DNA of 64,000 bases, from positions 7,894 through 71,893 of the forward strand of contig DAOQTX010000001.1 in assembly GCA_035340715.1 (NCBI GenBank). Direction: 5' to 3'. The DNA comes from Bacteroidia bacterium (GTDB taxonomy: Bacteria > Bacteroidota > Bacteroidia > AKYH767-A > OLB10). The position numbers were made by a program, and so were the translations under genes. This document shows positions 49,750 to 59,124 of the stretch, in pieces (the first letter of the stretch is position 1; the number at the start of each line of letters is the position of its first letter). The notes beneath the pieces were generated by a model that saw only the letters and a program-made list of their open reading frames with translations, did not search any database and was not told the origin of the DNA.

Positions 49750-50380
49750 GATATGAGTAGGTTTAATTTTGTCGGAAACCGAGTGAGTGGAAGAAAAAGA
49801 AAAACCACGATGTACATCAGTATTTATCGTGGCTTCAGCCCTTTGGGCCTGATCAAAAGATTGATTGTCTGTGCAGGTAACAGGCGTATTCAAAACGCTC
49901 ATTGGTGTTAACCAGGTTATCACCAAACCCGAACAGATAAATAAGATTAATAAAGCGAGCGTAAAAAATTCTACCATCCGCTAATGATTTATTTTATGTA
50001 AGACAATTATGCAATTTAAAGCAATACTCTTCACTTGTAAAGGTTTTTACCAAACTTTTTTATCATTCTTACCAAAGAAATTATCCCACTCACCCAAAAA
50101 CATATGGATGAGAGCCATATTAAAACATCAAAAACAAGCCTAAAGGCTCGTTTAAGTTTTAAAACAATAATTCAAAGTGAAAAGGGCTTCTTGTAGCGGG
50201 ATTGAATTTCTTAACGATGTAAGAATATGAACGCAATTTAATAGGTTTTTCGAATTTGTCAAATAGCTGTCACAAAATATTTTCTGTCTTTGCCAAGGCT
50301 CAGGCCTGTAAAAACCTTTAAAAGCCTTGTAAACATTGACTTTTCTGCCATTTTGTTACTTTTCAACAAAAATGAAAATT

Positions 50381-50414
50381 GTTAATAAAAACAAGCCTGT
50401 GTGCCCGAACCGGG
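50381..50414 (-). terminator. Possible weak terminator downstream of fcl
   Basis: Short GC stem GCCCG-GTT-CGGGC on the minus strand, followed about 10 nt later by GTTTTTATT. Weak geometry. Confidence 0.3.
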
Positions 50415-50420
50415 CCTTGC

Positions 50421-51359
50421 TTACTGAAGGACGATCTGCCCTTTTGCAAGCTCTTCCCACAACTGCTCAATACCTTGCTGTAGAGAAATTTTGTGTTTCC
50501 ATCCCAATTGATGAATGCGATTTACATCCAACAATTTTCGCGGAGTGCCATCGGGTTTCTCGGTATTGAATTTTAATTCTCCATTATAAGCACTGATGTT
50601 TTTAATCATCAATGCCAAATCTTTTATACTTATATCTTCTCCTGTTCCTACATTTATAGTTTGTGCATCGTTGTAATGCAGCATTAGAAAATAGCAGGCA
50701 TCAGCCAAATCATTTACATGTAAAAATTCTCTTTTGGGTGTTCCGCTTCCCCATATCTCAACGAATGATTTTTCTTCTTCTTTGGCTTGAAAAAATTTTC
50801 GCAACAATGCCGGAAGTACATGAGAATTATTCAAATCATAATTATCATTTGGCCCATATAAATTGGTTGGCATTGCTGAAATAAAATTGCATTGGTATTG
50901 AAGACGAAACGCTTCGCACATTTTCAAACCGGCAATCTTTGCCAATGCGTAAGGCTCATTGGTAGGTTCCAATGCTCCGGTGAGCAAGTATTCTTCTTTG
51001 ATGGGCTGCGCACTCATTTTAGGATAAATGCAAGACGAACCAAGGAACAATAGTTTCTTAACCTTATGCTCATAGGCTTGTCGGATCACATTACATTCAA
51101 TCATCAGATTGTCGTAAATGAAATCGGCACGGTAAACATTATTGGCATGAATGCCTCCAACTTTAGCCGCAGCTAAAAAAACATAATCGGGTTTTTCATC
51201 GCTAAAAAGTTTTTGCACCGCTGCCTGATTGCGCAAGTCACACTCTGTTGAAGTGCGTGTGATAATGGTATTGTAACCTTCGCTTTTCAGTTTCCGAATC
51301 AATGCCGAGCCCACCATTCCCCGGTGACCGGCTACATATATACGATCGCTTTTATTCAT
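50421..51359 (-). CDS. fcl: GDP-L-fucose synthase (GDP-4-keto-6-deoxy-D-mannose 3,5-epimerase/4-reductase)
   Basis: Typical N-terminus (RIYVAGHRGMVGSAL). SDR catalytic YxxxK region. Sits directly downstream of gmd. Confidence 0.85.
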   Translation of the reverse strand: MNKSDRIYVAGHRGMVGSALIRKLKSEGYNTIITRTSTECDLRNQAAVQKLFSDEKPDYVFLAAAKVGGIHANNVYRADFIYDNLMIECNVIRQAYEHKVKKLLFLGSSCIYPKMSAQPIKEEYLLTGALEPTNEPYALAKIAGLKMCEAFRLQYQCNFISAMPTNLYGPNDNYDLNNSHVLPALLRKFFQAKEEEKSFVEIWGSGTPKREFLHVNDLADACYFLMLHYNDAQTINVGTGEDISIKDLALMIKNISAYNGELKFNTEKPDGTPRKLLDVNRIHQLGWKHKISLQQGIEQLWEELAKGQIVLQ

Positions 51360-51368
51360 TGCGTACGA

Positions 51369-52487
51369 TTAACTTTCGTGGTAATTATAAATATCATGTC
51401 CACCATCTTTTAAATACTTATCGCGCTTAAATAGTTTTAAGTCGGCTTCAACCATTTCTTTAACAATTTGGTCGAGGTCATATTTGGGTTTCCATCCTAG
51501 TTCTTTTTGTGCTTTGCTGGGATCACCAATAAGTAAATCAACTTCGGCAGGGCGGTAGTATGCCGGGTCGATCATCACCACCTTTTGACCAATTTCCACT
51601 TTATATTCCGGGTGCTTTGATTCTGCTACAATAGCATATTCACTATCGCCTGTGCCTTTAAATTCTAAGGTTACGCCTATTTCGTTAAAGGCCATAATAA
51701 TAAAATCGCGTACACTGGTAGTAATACCGGTTGCCACTACATAATCATCTGCTTGATCTCGTTGCAGCATCAGATACATGGCTTCTACATAGTCTTTAGC
51801 ATGTCCCCAATCGCGCTTCGCATCAATATTACCCATATACATACGTTCTTGAAGTCCAAGTGCAATGCGGGATACCGCGCGTGTAATTTTTCGAGTTACA
51901 AAAGTTTCACCTCGTAAGGGCGATTCGTGATTAAACAAAATGCCATTCACTGTAAACATATTATAGGCTTCGCGATAATTAATCATGATCCAATAAGCAT
52001 ATAACTTTGCAACAGCGTAAGGCGAACGAGGATAAAAAGGAGTGGTTTCTTTTTGAGGAATTTCTTGCACCAAACCATAGAGCTCTGAAGTAGAGGCCTG
52101 ATATATTCTACACTTATGGGTAAGATTGAGCATTCGCACCGCTTCCAAAATACGGAGAGCGCCCAATGCATCTGCATTAGCGGTGTACTCCGGAGTAGAG
52201 AAACTTACATTGACATGCGACATGGCTCCTAAGTTGTAAATCTCATCGGGCTGCACTTCCTGGATAATGCGAATGATATTGGCTGAGTCGGTTAAATCGC
52301 CATAATGCAATTTTAGTTTTACATCTTTTTCATGAATATCATTATACAAGTGATCGATTCGTTCGGTATTGAACAAGGAGCTTCTTCGCTTAATTCCATG
52401 TACCATGTATCCTTTTTCAATCAGCAGTTCTGCCAGGTAGGCTCCGTCTTGTCCGGTGATCCCTGTTATGAGTGCGGTTTTTTTCAT
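51369..52487 (-). CDS. gmd: GDP-mannose 4,6-dehydratase
   Basis: Classic N-terminus ([26 protein letters not shown]). Extended SDR fold. 372 aa. Confidence 0.9.
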   Translation of the reverse strand: MKKTALITGITGQDGAYLAELLIEKGYMVHGIKRRSSLFNTERIDHLYNDIHEKDVKLKLHYGDLTDSANIIRIIQEVQPDEIYNLGAMSHVNVSFSTPEYTANADALGALRILEAVRMLNLTHKCRIYQASTSELYGLVQEIPQKETTPFYPRSPYAVAKLYAYWIMINYREAYNMFTVNGILFNHESPLRGETFVTRKITRAVSRIALGLQERMYMGNIDAKRDWGHAKDYVEAMYLMLQRDQADDYVVATGITTSVRDFIIMAFNEIGVTLEFKGTGDSEYAIVAESKHPEYKVEIGQKVVMIDPAYYRPAEVDLLIGDPSKAQKELGWKPKYDLDQIVKEMVEADLKLFKRDKYLKDGGHDIYNYHES

Positions 52488-52763
52488 TCCTTAAAAATTT
52501 AGAAAAGCAAGGTTGTGCAAAGATAACAATCGCCCAAGCAAGTGAGATCAAATCGATCGGATACCTTACATACTTTCTTACAATCAATTGTGAATAGACA
52601 AATGAAGAATAATTTCATAAAAGAATTTAAGGCGGTTGGTACTTGTTTAGTACATTTGCTTGATATAAGGCTACCGGCCTTTTCTGAAACAAAATCTTTT
52701 TCATCGGATATAGAGAACTAAATCTCCTTTTTTAACGTATAGTATCAATTACATAAACACAAT

Positions 52764-55073
52764 ATGTCAGCATCATCTCAAAGTGAAAACAATAATGTAA
52801 TCCTTGATCAGAATGAGATTAAAAAGTTTTTACTGAAAATTGTCAAAAACTGGTTTTGGTTCGTCCTCTTTATAGCTATTGGGGCAGGACTCTCGGTAGC
52901 GTATTTATATAAAGCCATACCGAAGTATGGCGTTTCGGCTAGCATTTTAGTGAAAGAACAAAAAAATGCATTGGAAGATGCTTTTAAGTCCAGTTTGACT
53001 ATGAGCAACAACCGAGAAAATCTGGCAAACGAAACCAAGATCATTACAAGTACTCGCTTGATTGAAAAAGTAGTGGATACTTTAAAACTGGATATCAGTT
53101 ATCATATCAAAGGACGCATTAAAACCGGTGAGGTTTATAAAGGCACTCCTTTTAAAGTGGTAGGTCAGGTTCACGATCCAGAGCTTTATGGTGTACCTTT
53201 TAATGTTACCATTCAAAATGCTACTTCATTCAAATTAGAAGTAATAAAAGACGACTACTTGTTTACCAAGATTGGTCGGTTTAACGAACCTATAGTAACC
53301 GATAAATTCTCAGTGATTATTGAAGGAAACACCGACCAGATAAAATCGAATGCTCGAATCAATGAGATTGAATACTTGTTTATCGTTAATAACAGAAATT
53401 ACCTCATTCGAAAATATCAAAAAGCACTTACTGTAAAACTAGAAGATGAAGCTTCGGTTATCAATCTGAGTCTTGAAGATGAAGTAACCGAAAAAACGGT
53501 TGACTTTTTAAATATGTTGGTCGATCTGTACATTGAAAATTCCGTATCGGTAATGAAACAGGTGAATGAAAACACCTTGGCATTTATTGACCGCGAACTG
53601 GAAGAAGTAGCCAATAGTTTGAATAGCGTGGAAGGAAATCTGGAACAATTTCAGAGACAAAAATCTTTGATAGATCCGAATCAAGAACAAAGCGCTTATT
53701 TCCAACGGATGATGGATGTGGATGCACAGCGCTCAAAATTAAATGTACAGTTAAATGCCTTAGATCAGATTTATCGCTACCTCACTTCAGGCGATGAAAA
53801 TATGGCCATCGCACCCTCATTGCTTGCTGATCAAAACGATGCTTCGCTTAATTCTGCATTTAATGAATTGTATACATTACAGCAACGAAGAACCAATTTA
53901 CTTTTTTCCAATACACCCAATAGTCCGGTAGTAAAAGAATTGGACAACCAAATATCATCGGCCAAACAGAATGTTATTGGAATGGTATTGAACATTCGTA
54001 AAACGATTGTAACCAATATCAATTCTCTTTCCAGTCAGGCAGGACAGTTCCAAGGGGCCATCCGACAAATGCCCACCATTACTCGTGGTTTGGTTAACAT
54101 CAGCAGAAAAGTAGAAATCTTTGAAAAGATTTATCTCTTTCTTTTAGAGACGAGATCGCAAACCATCATTGCCCGTGCAGGTATTGTGGCCGACAAAACC
54201 ATCATCGAATCTGCAAAGCCAAATGGTGTTGTAAAACCAGCTAAAGAGAAAATTTTATTTATGGGTATAGCGGGCGGTATCGCCATTGCATTCTTGTTAA
54301 TCTTCGTCAAGAGTTTGTTCTACAACTACATTCAAACAAAAGATGATTTAAAAGAATTAACCACTCAACCCATTATAGGTGTGATAGCCCGATCAAAAGA
54401 AGCCGGTGAAGACTACCTGGTAGTGGACAAATATCCTCAATCGCCAACGGCTGAAGCATTCAGGGTTATTCGAACCAACTTGACTTATTTTAGTCCAAAA
54501 TCGGAAAGTAAAATTGTTTTGATTACCTCATCATTGCCGGCCGAAGGCAAATCTTTTACTGCGGTAAATCTTGCTTCCATTTTAGCAAGAGCAAAAAAGA
54601 AAGTGATCTTATTGGATATTGATTTGCATAAACCCAAACAAGCCAATGCGTTTGACATTCAAAACGATGTAGGCTTAACAACTTATTTAGTTGGGAAGGC
54701 CAATATGAACCAAATCATAAAAGAAACGCCAATTCAGAATTTGCAGATCATTTTAACCGGTCCTCGAACACCCAATGCGGCCGAGTTGATATTAGACAAT
54801 AGTTTAGTAGAACTGTTTGCTGAGTTGCGCAAGCATTATGAATATATCATATTAGATACTGCACCGGTAGGTTTGATTTCTGACACCTTATATTTAATGA
54901 AATACTCTGACATAAACCTTTATGTATTGAAAGCCGGTTTCTCAAAGCGCGATTTCGTAGATATTGCGCATCAGATTATGGATAAGAATCAAGTAAAGAG
55001 CATGAACTTTATTTTAAACAATGTTAATCCTAAACATATACCGGGAGGATACGGTAGCGGTTATTACAAGTAA
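52764..55073 (+). CDS. wzc: Polysaccharide biosynthesis tyrosine autokinase (Wzc-like). Wzz-type chain-length-determinant N-terminal domain plus C-terminal P-loop BY-kinase domain with Tyr-rich tail.
   Basis: Two TM helices flank a long coiled-coil periplasmic domain. Walker A (SSLPAEGKSFTAVNLA). Walker B (ILLDID, ILDTAP). C-terminal tail GGYGSGYYK. Confidence 0.8.
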   Translation: MSASSQSENNNVILDQNEIKKFLLKIVKNWFWFVLFIAIGAGLSVAYLYKAIPKYGVSASILVKEQKNALEDAFKSSLTMSNNRENLANETKIITSTRLIEKVVDTLKLDISYHIKGRIKTGEVYKGTPFKVVGQVHDPELYGVPFNVTIQNATSFKLEVIKDDYLFTKIGRFNEPIVTDKFSVIIEGNTDQIKSNARINEIEYLFIVNNRNYLIRKYQKALTVKLEDEASVINLSLEDEVTEKTVDFLNMLVDLYIENSVSVMKQVNENTLAFIDRELEEVANSLNSVEGNLEQFQRQKSLIDPNQEQSAYFQRMMDVDAQRSKLNVQLNALDQIYRYLTSGDENMAIAPSLLADQNDASLNSAFNELYTLQQRRTNLLFSNTPNSPVVKELDNQISSAKQNVIGMVLNIRKTIVTNINSLSSQAGQFQGAIRQMPTITRGLVNISRKVEIFEKIYLFLLETRSQTIIARAGIVADKTIIESAKPNGVVKPAKEKILFMGIAGGIAIAFLLIFVKSLFYNYIQTKDDLKELTTQPIIGVIARSKEAGEDYLVVDKYPQSPTAEAFRVIRTNLTYFSPKSESKIVLITSSLPAEGKSFTAVNLASILARAKKKVILLDIDLHKPKQANAFDIQNDVGLTTYLVGKANMNQIIKETPIQNLQIILTGPRTPNAAELILDNSLVELFAELRKHYEYIILDTAPVGLISDTLYLMKYSDINLYVLKAGFSKRDFVDIAHQIMDKNQVKSMNFILNNVNPKHIPGGYGSGYYK

Positions 55074-55079
55074 GCATTG

Positions 55080-56864
55080 ATGAAGGAATATAAAAACAAG
55101 AAAGGAAGCCTTCCGAATGCCATCCATTGTTTGAGAGAACATTTAGCTCCTTTTCATAAAAAGAGAGCCGCATTGCTTTCGGTGGTGATTTGTCTATCTG
55201 CAGTGCTCGATGTATTTGGACTGGCCAGTATATTACCATTAATACAATTGGCTGCCGATATGGATGCCATTCACACCAACCCATATTTAAATACAATGTA
55301 TACTTATTTGGGGTTTAGTGAGCCCAAAACCTTTTTGTTGACTTTGATGCTTTGCACCTTATTGTTTTTTGTGCTAAAGAATGTTTTTGGCTTGTTGGTA
55401 AACTTTATGCAAACACGATTCTCAGCTGATGTGGCAACTTACTTAAGCAAAAACCAATTTTCAAAATATTACAGTTTTGACTTGAATCGTTTTCAGAGCA
55501 TAAAGTCGAGTATAATTATCAACCATGTGTACCGCAATCCGCTTTCTTTTTGCGAGTATATATTAATGCCGGTCATCATGCTTTTCAGTGAGTCGGTAAT
55601 ATTTTTACTCATCATTACCGGAATTGCTATTTACAATATCGACTTGTTTCTTTTCACTTCAGCTGTAGTGATCCCAACTTCTTTTATTATTTATTATAGT
55701 ATACGAAGTACCAATGCGCGGATTGGTAGGGAAATTGATGCGAACTATCCAAAAGCTCTTGCCGCTCTAACCCATGCCATTGATGGATATGTGGACATAA
55801 AACTTTTTAATAAAGAGTCGTATTATGGAAAACGATTTGTCGATGCACAGTTTAAATTACATAACCTTCATCTCAAGTCGTACTTTTTAAATATGGTTCC
55901 GTTAAGGGCAAATGAAATTGTGGCTTTGCTGGGTGTAGTGTCCATATTCATTTATGCTATTTTCTTCACCAACAATCAATCACAGGTCATATTATTTGTT
56001 GGTTTATTTGCTGCGGCTGCCTATCGCCTAATGCCTTCACTGACACGTATATTAAATTCATTATTATTCATCAAAAAAAATCAGGTGGCTATTGATAATC
56101 TTAATATTTACAACAAATGGTACAAGCAGGAGTTGGCCAATGAGCGACATGAGAAAATTGAATTTGAAAAAAGCATCTCGTTTGATAAGGTTACGTATCA
56201 CTTTCCGGAAAGTGATGTAAAGGTGATTGACGAGCTTACCTTTACCGTTAACAAAGGAGAAACGATTGGTTTTGTTGGATCATCCGGATCGGGCAAAACC
56301 ACTTTGATGAATTTATTGCTTGGATTCCATGAACCGGTAAGTGGTGATATTATGATAGATGATATTGCTTTGAACAAGACCTATCGAAAACACTGGCGAA
56401 GCATGATCGGATATGTAAAGCAAGATGTTTTTATGGTAGACGGTAGTATTAAAGAAAACATAGCTTTTGGAGAAAACGAAGTAGATGAAGTAAAATTAAA
56501 AAGCGCTATCAAACAGGCTTCATTAGATAAGTTTATCGATTCTTTGCCTCAGGGCTGGGATACACCGGTTGGCGAAAAAGGAAGTCGATTATCGGGTGGA
56601 CAGAAACAGCGTATGGGAATTGCCCGAGCTTTGTACAATAATGCACAGATACTGGTTTTTGATGAAGCCACCAGTGCATTGGATGTTGAAACCGAGAATG
56701 AAGTTACTGAGGCCATAAATTCGCTAACCGATCATAATAGAACCATATTGATCATTGCACATCGTATAACTACATTAAAAAGATGTGATCGAATTTATGA
56801 GTTAAAAGAGGGGAAGATTTCAGCTGTTTATCAATATCGCGAATTGATTGAAAAAGTTCTTTAG
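55080..56864 (+). CDS. ABC transporter, fused permease/ATP-binding protein (MsbA/exporter type). Start moved to ATG 55080.
   Basis: Six N-terminal TM helices. Walker A (GSSGSGKTT), ABC signature (LSGGQKQR), Walker B (ILVFDEATSALD). Confidence 0.8.
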   Translation: MKEYKNKKGSLPNAIHCLREHLAPFHKKRAALLSVVICLSAVLDVFGLASILPLIQLAADMDAIHTNPYLNTMYTYLGFSEPKTFLLTLMLCTLLFFVLKNVFGLLVNFMQTRFSADVATYLSKNQFSKYYSFDLNRFQSIKSSIIINHVYRNPLSFCEYILMPVIMLFSESVIFLLIITGIAIYNIDLFLFTSAVVIPTSFIIYYSIRSTNARIGREIDANYPKALAALTHAIDGYVDIKLFNKESYYGKRFVDAQFKLHNLHLKSYFLNMVPLRANEIVALLGVVSIFIYAIFFTNNQSQVILFVGLFAAAAYRLMPSLTRILNSLLFIKKNQVAIDNLNIYNKWYKQELANERHEKIEFEKSISFDKVTYHFPESDVKVIDELTFTVNKGETIGFVGSSGSGKTTLMNLLLGFHEPVSGDIMIDDIALNKTYRKHWRSMIGYVKQDVFMVDGSIKENIAFGENEVDEVKLKSAIKQASLDKFIDSLPQGWDTPVGEKGSRLSGGQKQRMGIARALYNNAQILVFDEATSALDVETENEVTEAINSLTDHNRTILIIAHRITTLKRCDRIYELKEGKISAVYQYRELIEKVL

Positions 56865-56955
56865 TGCATTAAATCAGAACTAAATCAAAAAAGTCTCGTA
56901 TAGGTTTAAGCACATTTCTTATTTTTGAAACAGACATCTGCATCTCCTGCTTTTT

Positions 56956-58059
56956 ATGGAAAACAAACCCAGGATCATAATCGTAGTCGGTACCAGACCT
57001 AATTTTATTAAAGTTACCAGGTTTAAGTACGAAAATATTCAAATGGGATCTCCATTTGAGATACAAATTGTACATACCGGTCAGCATTACGATAATAAAA
57101 TGGCCGACATTTTCTTCGAGCAATTTGAATTAACACCTGATTTTTATTTGAACATCGCACCTGCTTCTCCCAATTCGCAGATGGCTGAAATCATGCAAAA
57201 ATTTGAAGAGGTTTTGCTTGAGCAAAAGCCCGATATGGTATTTGTAGTTGGCGATGTAAATTCAACTTTTGCAGCTGCTTTTACTGCCCATAAATGCGGG
57301 ATAAAATTGGCACATATTGAAAGCGGATTGCGAAGTTTTGATCGCAGCATGCCTGAAGAAATAAACCGCCTTTTAACAGATGAGATCAGCGACTATTTTT
57401 TTGTAACCGAAGAAAGTGGAACCAGCAATTTGCTAAATGAGAAAAAAAGTAAAAATCAGATATTTGAAGTGGGCAATACAATGATCGATACTTTAGTTGC
57501 ATTTGAAGACAAAATTCAACAAAGTACTATTGTAGAAACACTCGGCATTCAAAAGCAAAAATTTGTTTTGACTACTATGCATCGCCCGGCTACTGTGGAC
57601 TCTGAAAAAGGCTTAGCACAATTGCTCGAGGTTTTTACTTTGATCTGCCAATCCTATCAATTGGTATTTCCCATTCACCCGCGCACGGTTAAAAGAGCTG
57701 AAGAATTTGGTTTGTATAGTTCATTTAAGTCTAATGCCAATTTAATTCTATGCGAGCCATTAGATTATTTTGCATTTCAAAAACTTATAGCCGACTGCGC
57801 ATTCGTTATAACCGATAGTGGAGGTATTCAGGAAGAAACTACTTTTCGTCAAAAACCCTGCTTAACATTAAGACCCAATACCGAACGACCCATTACAACC
57901 ACCATTGGAAGTAATACCTTGGTTAGTTTTGAAATTGAAGAGATTAAAAGATACATTCAATCGATTAAAAACAACACGTACAAGCAAGGAGTAATTCCGG
58001 ATAAATGGGATGGACATTCCAGCAAAAGAATTTTAGAGATTTGTCAAGAAATAGTATAG
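56956..58059 (+). CDS. wecB: UDP-N-acetylglucosamine 2-epimerase (non-hydrolysing)
   Basis: N-terminus (RIIIVVGTRPNFIKV). Catalytic His/Glu region (HIESGLRSFDRSMPEEINR). C-terminal motif (DSGGIQEE). Confidence 0.85.
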   Translation: MENKPRIIIVVGTRPNFIKVTRFKYENIQMGSPFEIQIVHTGQHYDNKMADIFFEQFELTPDFYLNIAPASPNSQMAEIMQKFEEVLLEQKPDMVFVVGDVNSTFAAAFTAHKCGIKLAHIESGLRSFDRSMPEEINRLLTDEISDYFFVTEESGTSNLLNEKKSKNQIFEVGNTMIDTLVAFEDKIQQSTIVETLGIQKQKFVLTTMHRPATVDSEKGLAQLLEVFTLICQSYQLVFPIHPRTVKRAEEFGLYSSFKSNANLILCEPLDYFAFQKLIADCAFVITDSGGIQEETTFRQKPCLTLRPNTERPITTTIGSNTLVSFEIEEIKRYIQSIKNNTYKQGVIPDKWDGHSSKRILEICQEIV

Positions 58060-58077
58060 TGAAGATTGTTTGAAAAG

Positions 58078-59088
58078 ATGAAGTTTATAGTTTATAGTCG
58101 AGAAGATTCTGTACAGCCATTATCATTTGTTAATCAGAGTTGGCCGGTATTCTTCCTGCCAGAATATGCACAAAGCATTGAAAAGATCGGTATGGAATCG
58201 ATGGTTTATTTTTTGGATGAGACCAATCAATCGGTGATGCCCTGCAAATTGTATCGAAAGAATATATTCTCAAGTTTACAGATTATTTGTGCTCCACATA
58301 AAAATGGAAAAGAGTTGTCTATAAATGATCAAGAACTATTTTTAAATGAAGTGATTAAACTATGTAAAAAGGATTCAATAGCAGATCGTTTTTTACAAGC
58401 AGAGCCTACGGGTTATACTTTAGCAAAACCAAAACAAACGCAACATTGTGCATTTGGAACTTATAGAACAGCATTGCAAACTTTGTCAGAAGAGGAAATT
58501 TTAAACTCTTTCAAAACGAGATTCAAACAGGGAGTAGCCGCTAGTTTACGAATGGGGGCGCAGAGTAAATTTGGACGTGAGCATTTTAACGATTTCTATA
58601 CTCTTTATCAGAATACCATGTCGAAAGCAGGCATGCCGGTTGACCCTGCTTATTACTTTAAAGCATATTTTGAATTTTTAGCAGAGGAGAATGCTAACGT
58701 TGCGGTGGTTTATGAAAACAATGATCCGATTGGAGGGGTCTTTTATTTATCCAGCGGACATTCGGCTTATATCACTCATGCAGGATCTGACAATAGTGTC
58801 AGTAAAAACTATGGCGCTGTAAAGCAATTGCATTATGAACTGATGTGTAGGCTAAAATCAAAAGGGGTTCAATACTACGACTTTGCAGGAGTTCGAGTGG
58901 ACAATAAAAATCCGAAACTTGATGGTATATTTCGGTTCAAAGCGGGCTTTGGAGGAGATCTCCATCAAGGCTATTTATGGAAACAAAATATATCCAATTT
59001 TAAGACTAATCTTCACGCTGCATTGCTTCGCATAAAGTTATTGGGCAAAGAAATTCCAAAAGATATCATAGATCAGCAAAACGCTTAG
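58078..59088 (+). CDS. FemAB/BioF2-like GNAT-fold protein (Acetyltransf_6 / FemAB-related family found in polysaccharide loci). Start moved to ATG 58078.
   Basis: C-terminal half resembles FemAB-related proteins (GGVFYLSSGHSAYITHAGSD...KQLHYELMCRLKSKGVQYYDFAGV...FRFKAGFGG). The ORF track starts at TTG 58066. Confidence 0.5.
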   Translation: MKFIVYSREDSVQPLSFVNQSWPVFFLPEYAQSIEKIGMESMVYFLDETNQSVMPCKLYRKNIFSSLQIICAPHKNGKELSINDQELFLNEVIKLCKKDSIADRFLQAEPTGYTLAKPKQTQHCAFGTYRTALQTLSEEEILNSFKTRFKQGVAASLRMGAQSKFGREHFNDFYTLYQNTMSKAGMPVDPAYYFKAYFEFLAEENANVAVVYENNDPIGGVFYLSSGHSAYITHAGSDNSVSKNYGAVKQLHYELMCRLKSKGVQYYDFAGVRVDNKNPKLDGIFRFKAGFGGDLHQGYLWKQNISNFKTNLHAALLRIKLLGKEIPKDIIDQQNA

Positions 59089-59124
59089 TACATTTGTGTC
59101 CCTTAATTGAGACCCGACCTATAA

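Noticed and set aside
49750-49977. ORF-track 5' extension of the small secreted protein gene to ATG 49977
   Set aside because: It would add a 76-aa extension with an additional hydrophobic segment before a perfectly good signal peptide at the internal Met. Kept as an alternative but not preferred.
50336-50884. Plus-strand ORFs 50336..50569 and 50663..50884
   Set aside because: Antisense to the well-supported fcl gene. No motifs.
52488-52763. 39-codon ORF (MKNNFIKEFKAVG...) in the gmd-wzc divergent intergenic region
   Set aside because: No promoter motif or conservation evidence; it is most likely chance in AT-rich promoter DNA. The region is better interpreted as divergent promoters.
52808-54022. 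Minus-strand short ORFs inside wzc (52808..53044, 53417..53614, 53508..53705, 53831..54022)
   Set aside because: Antisense to the Wzc-like gene, which has clear Walker motifs.
56869-57350. Minus-strand ORFs 56869..57123 and 57144..57350
   Set aside because: Overlap and are antisense to the wecB start region. wecB is strongly supported.
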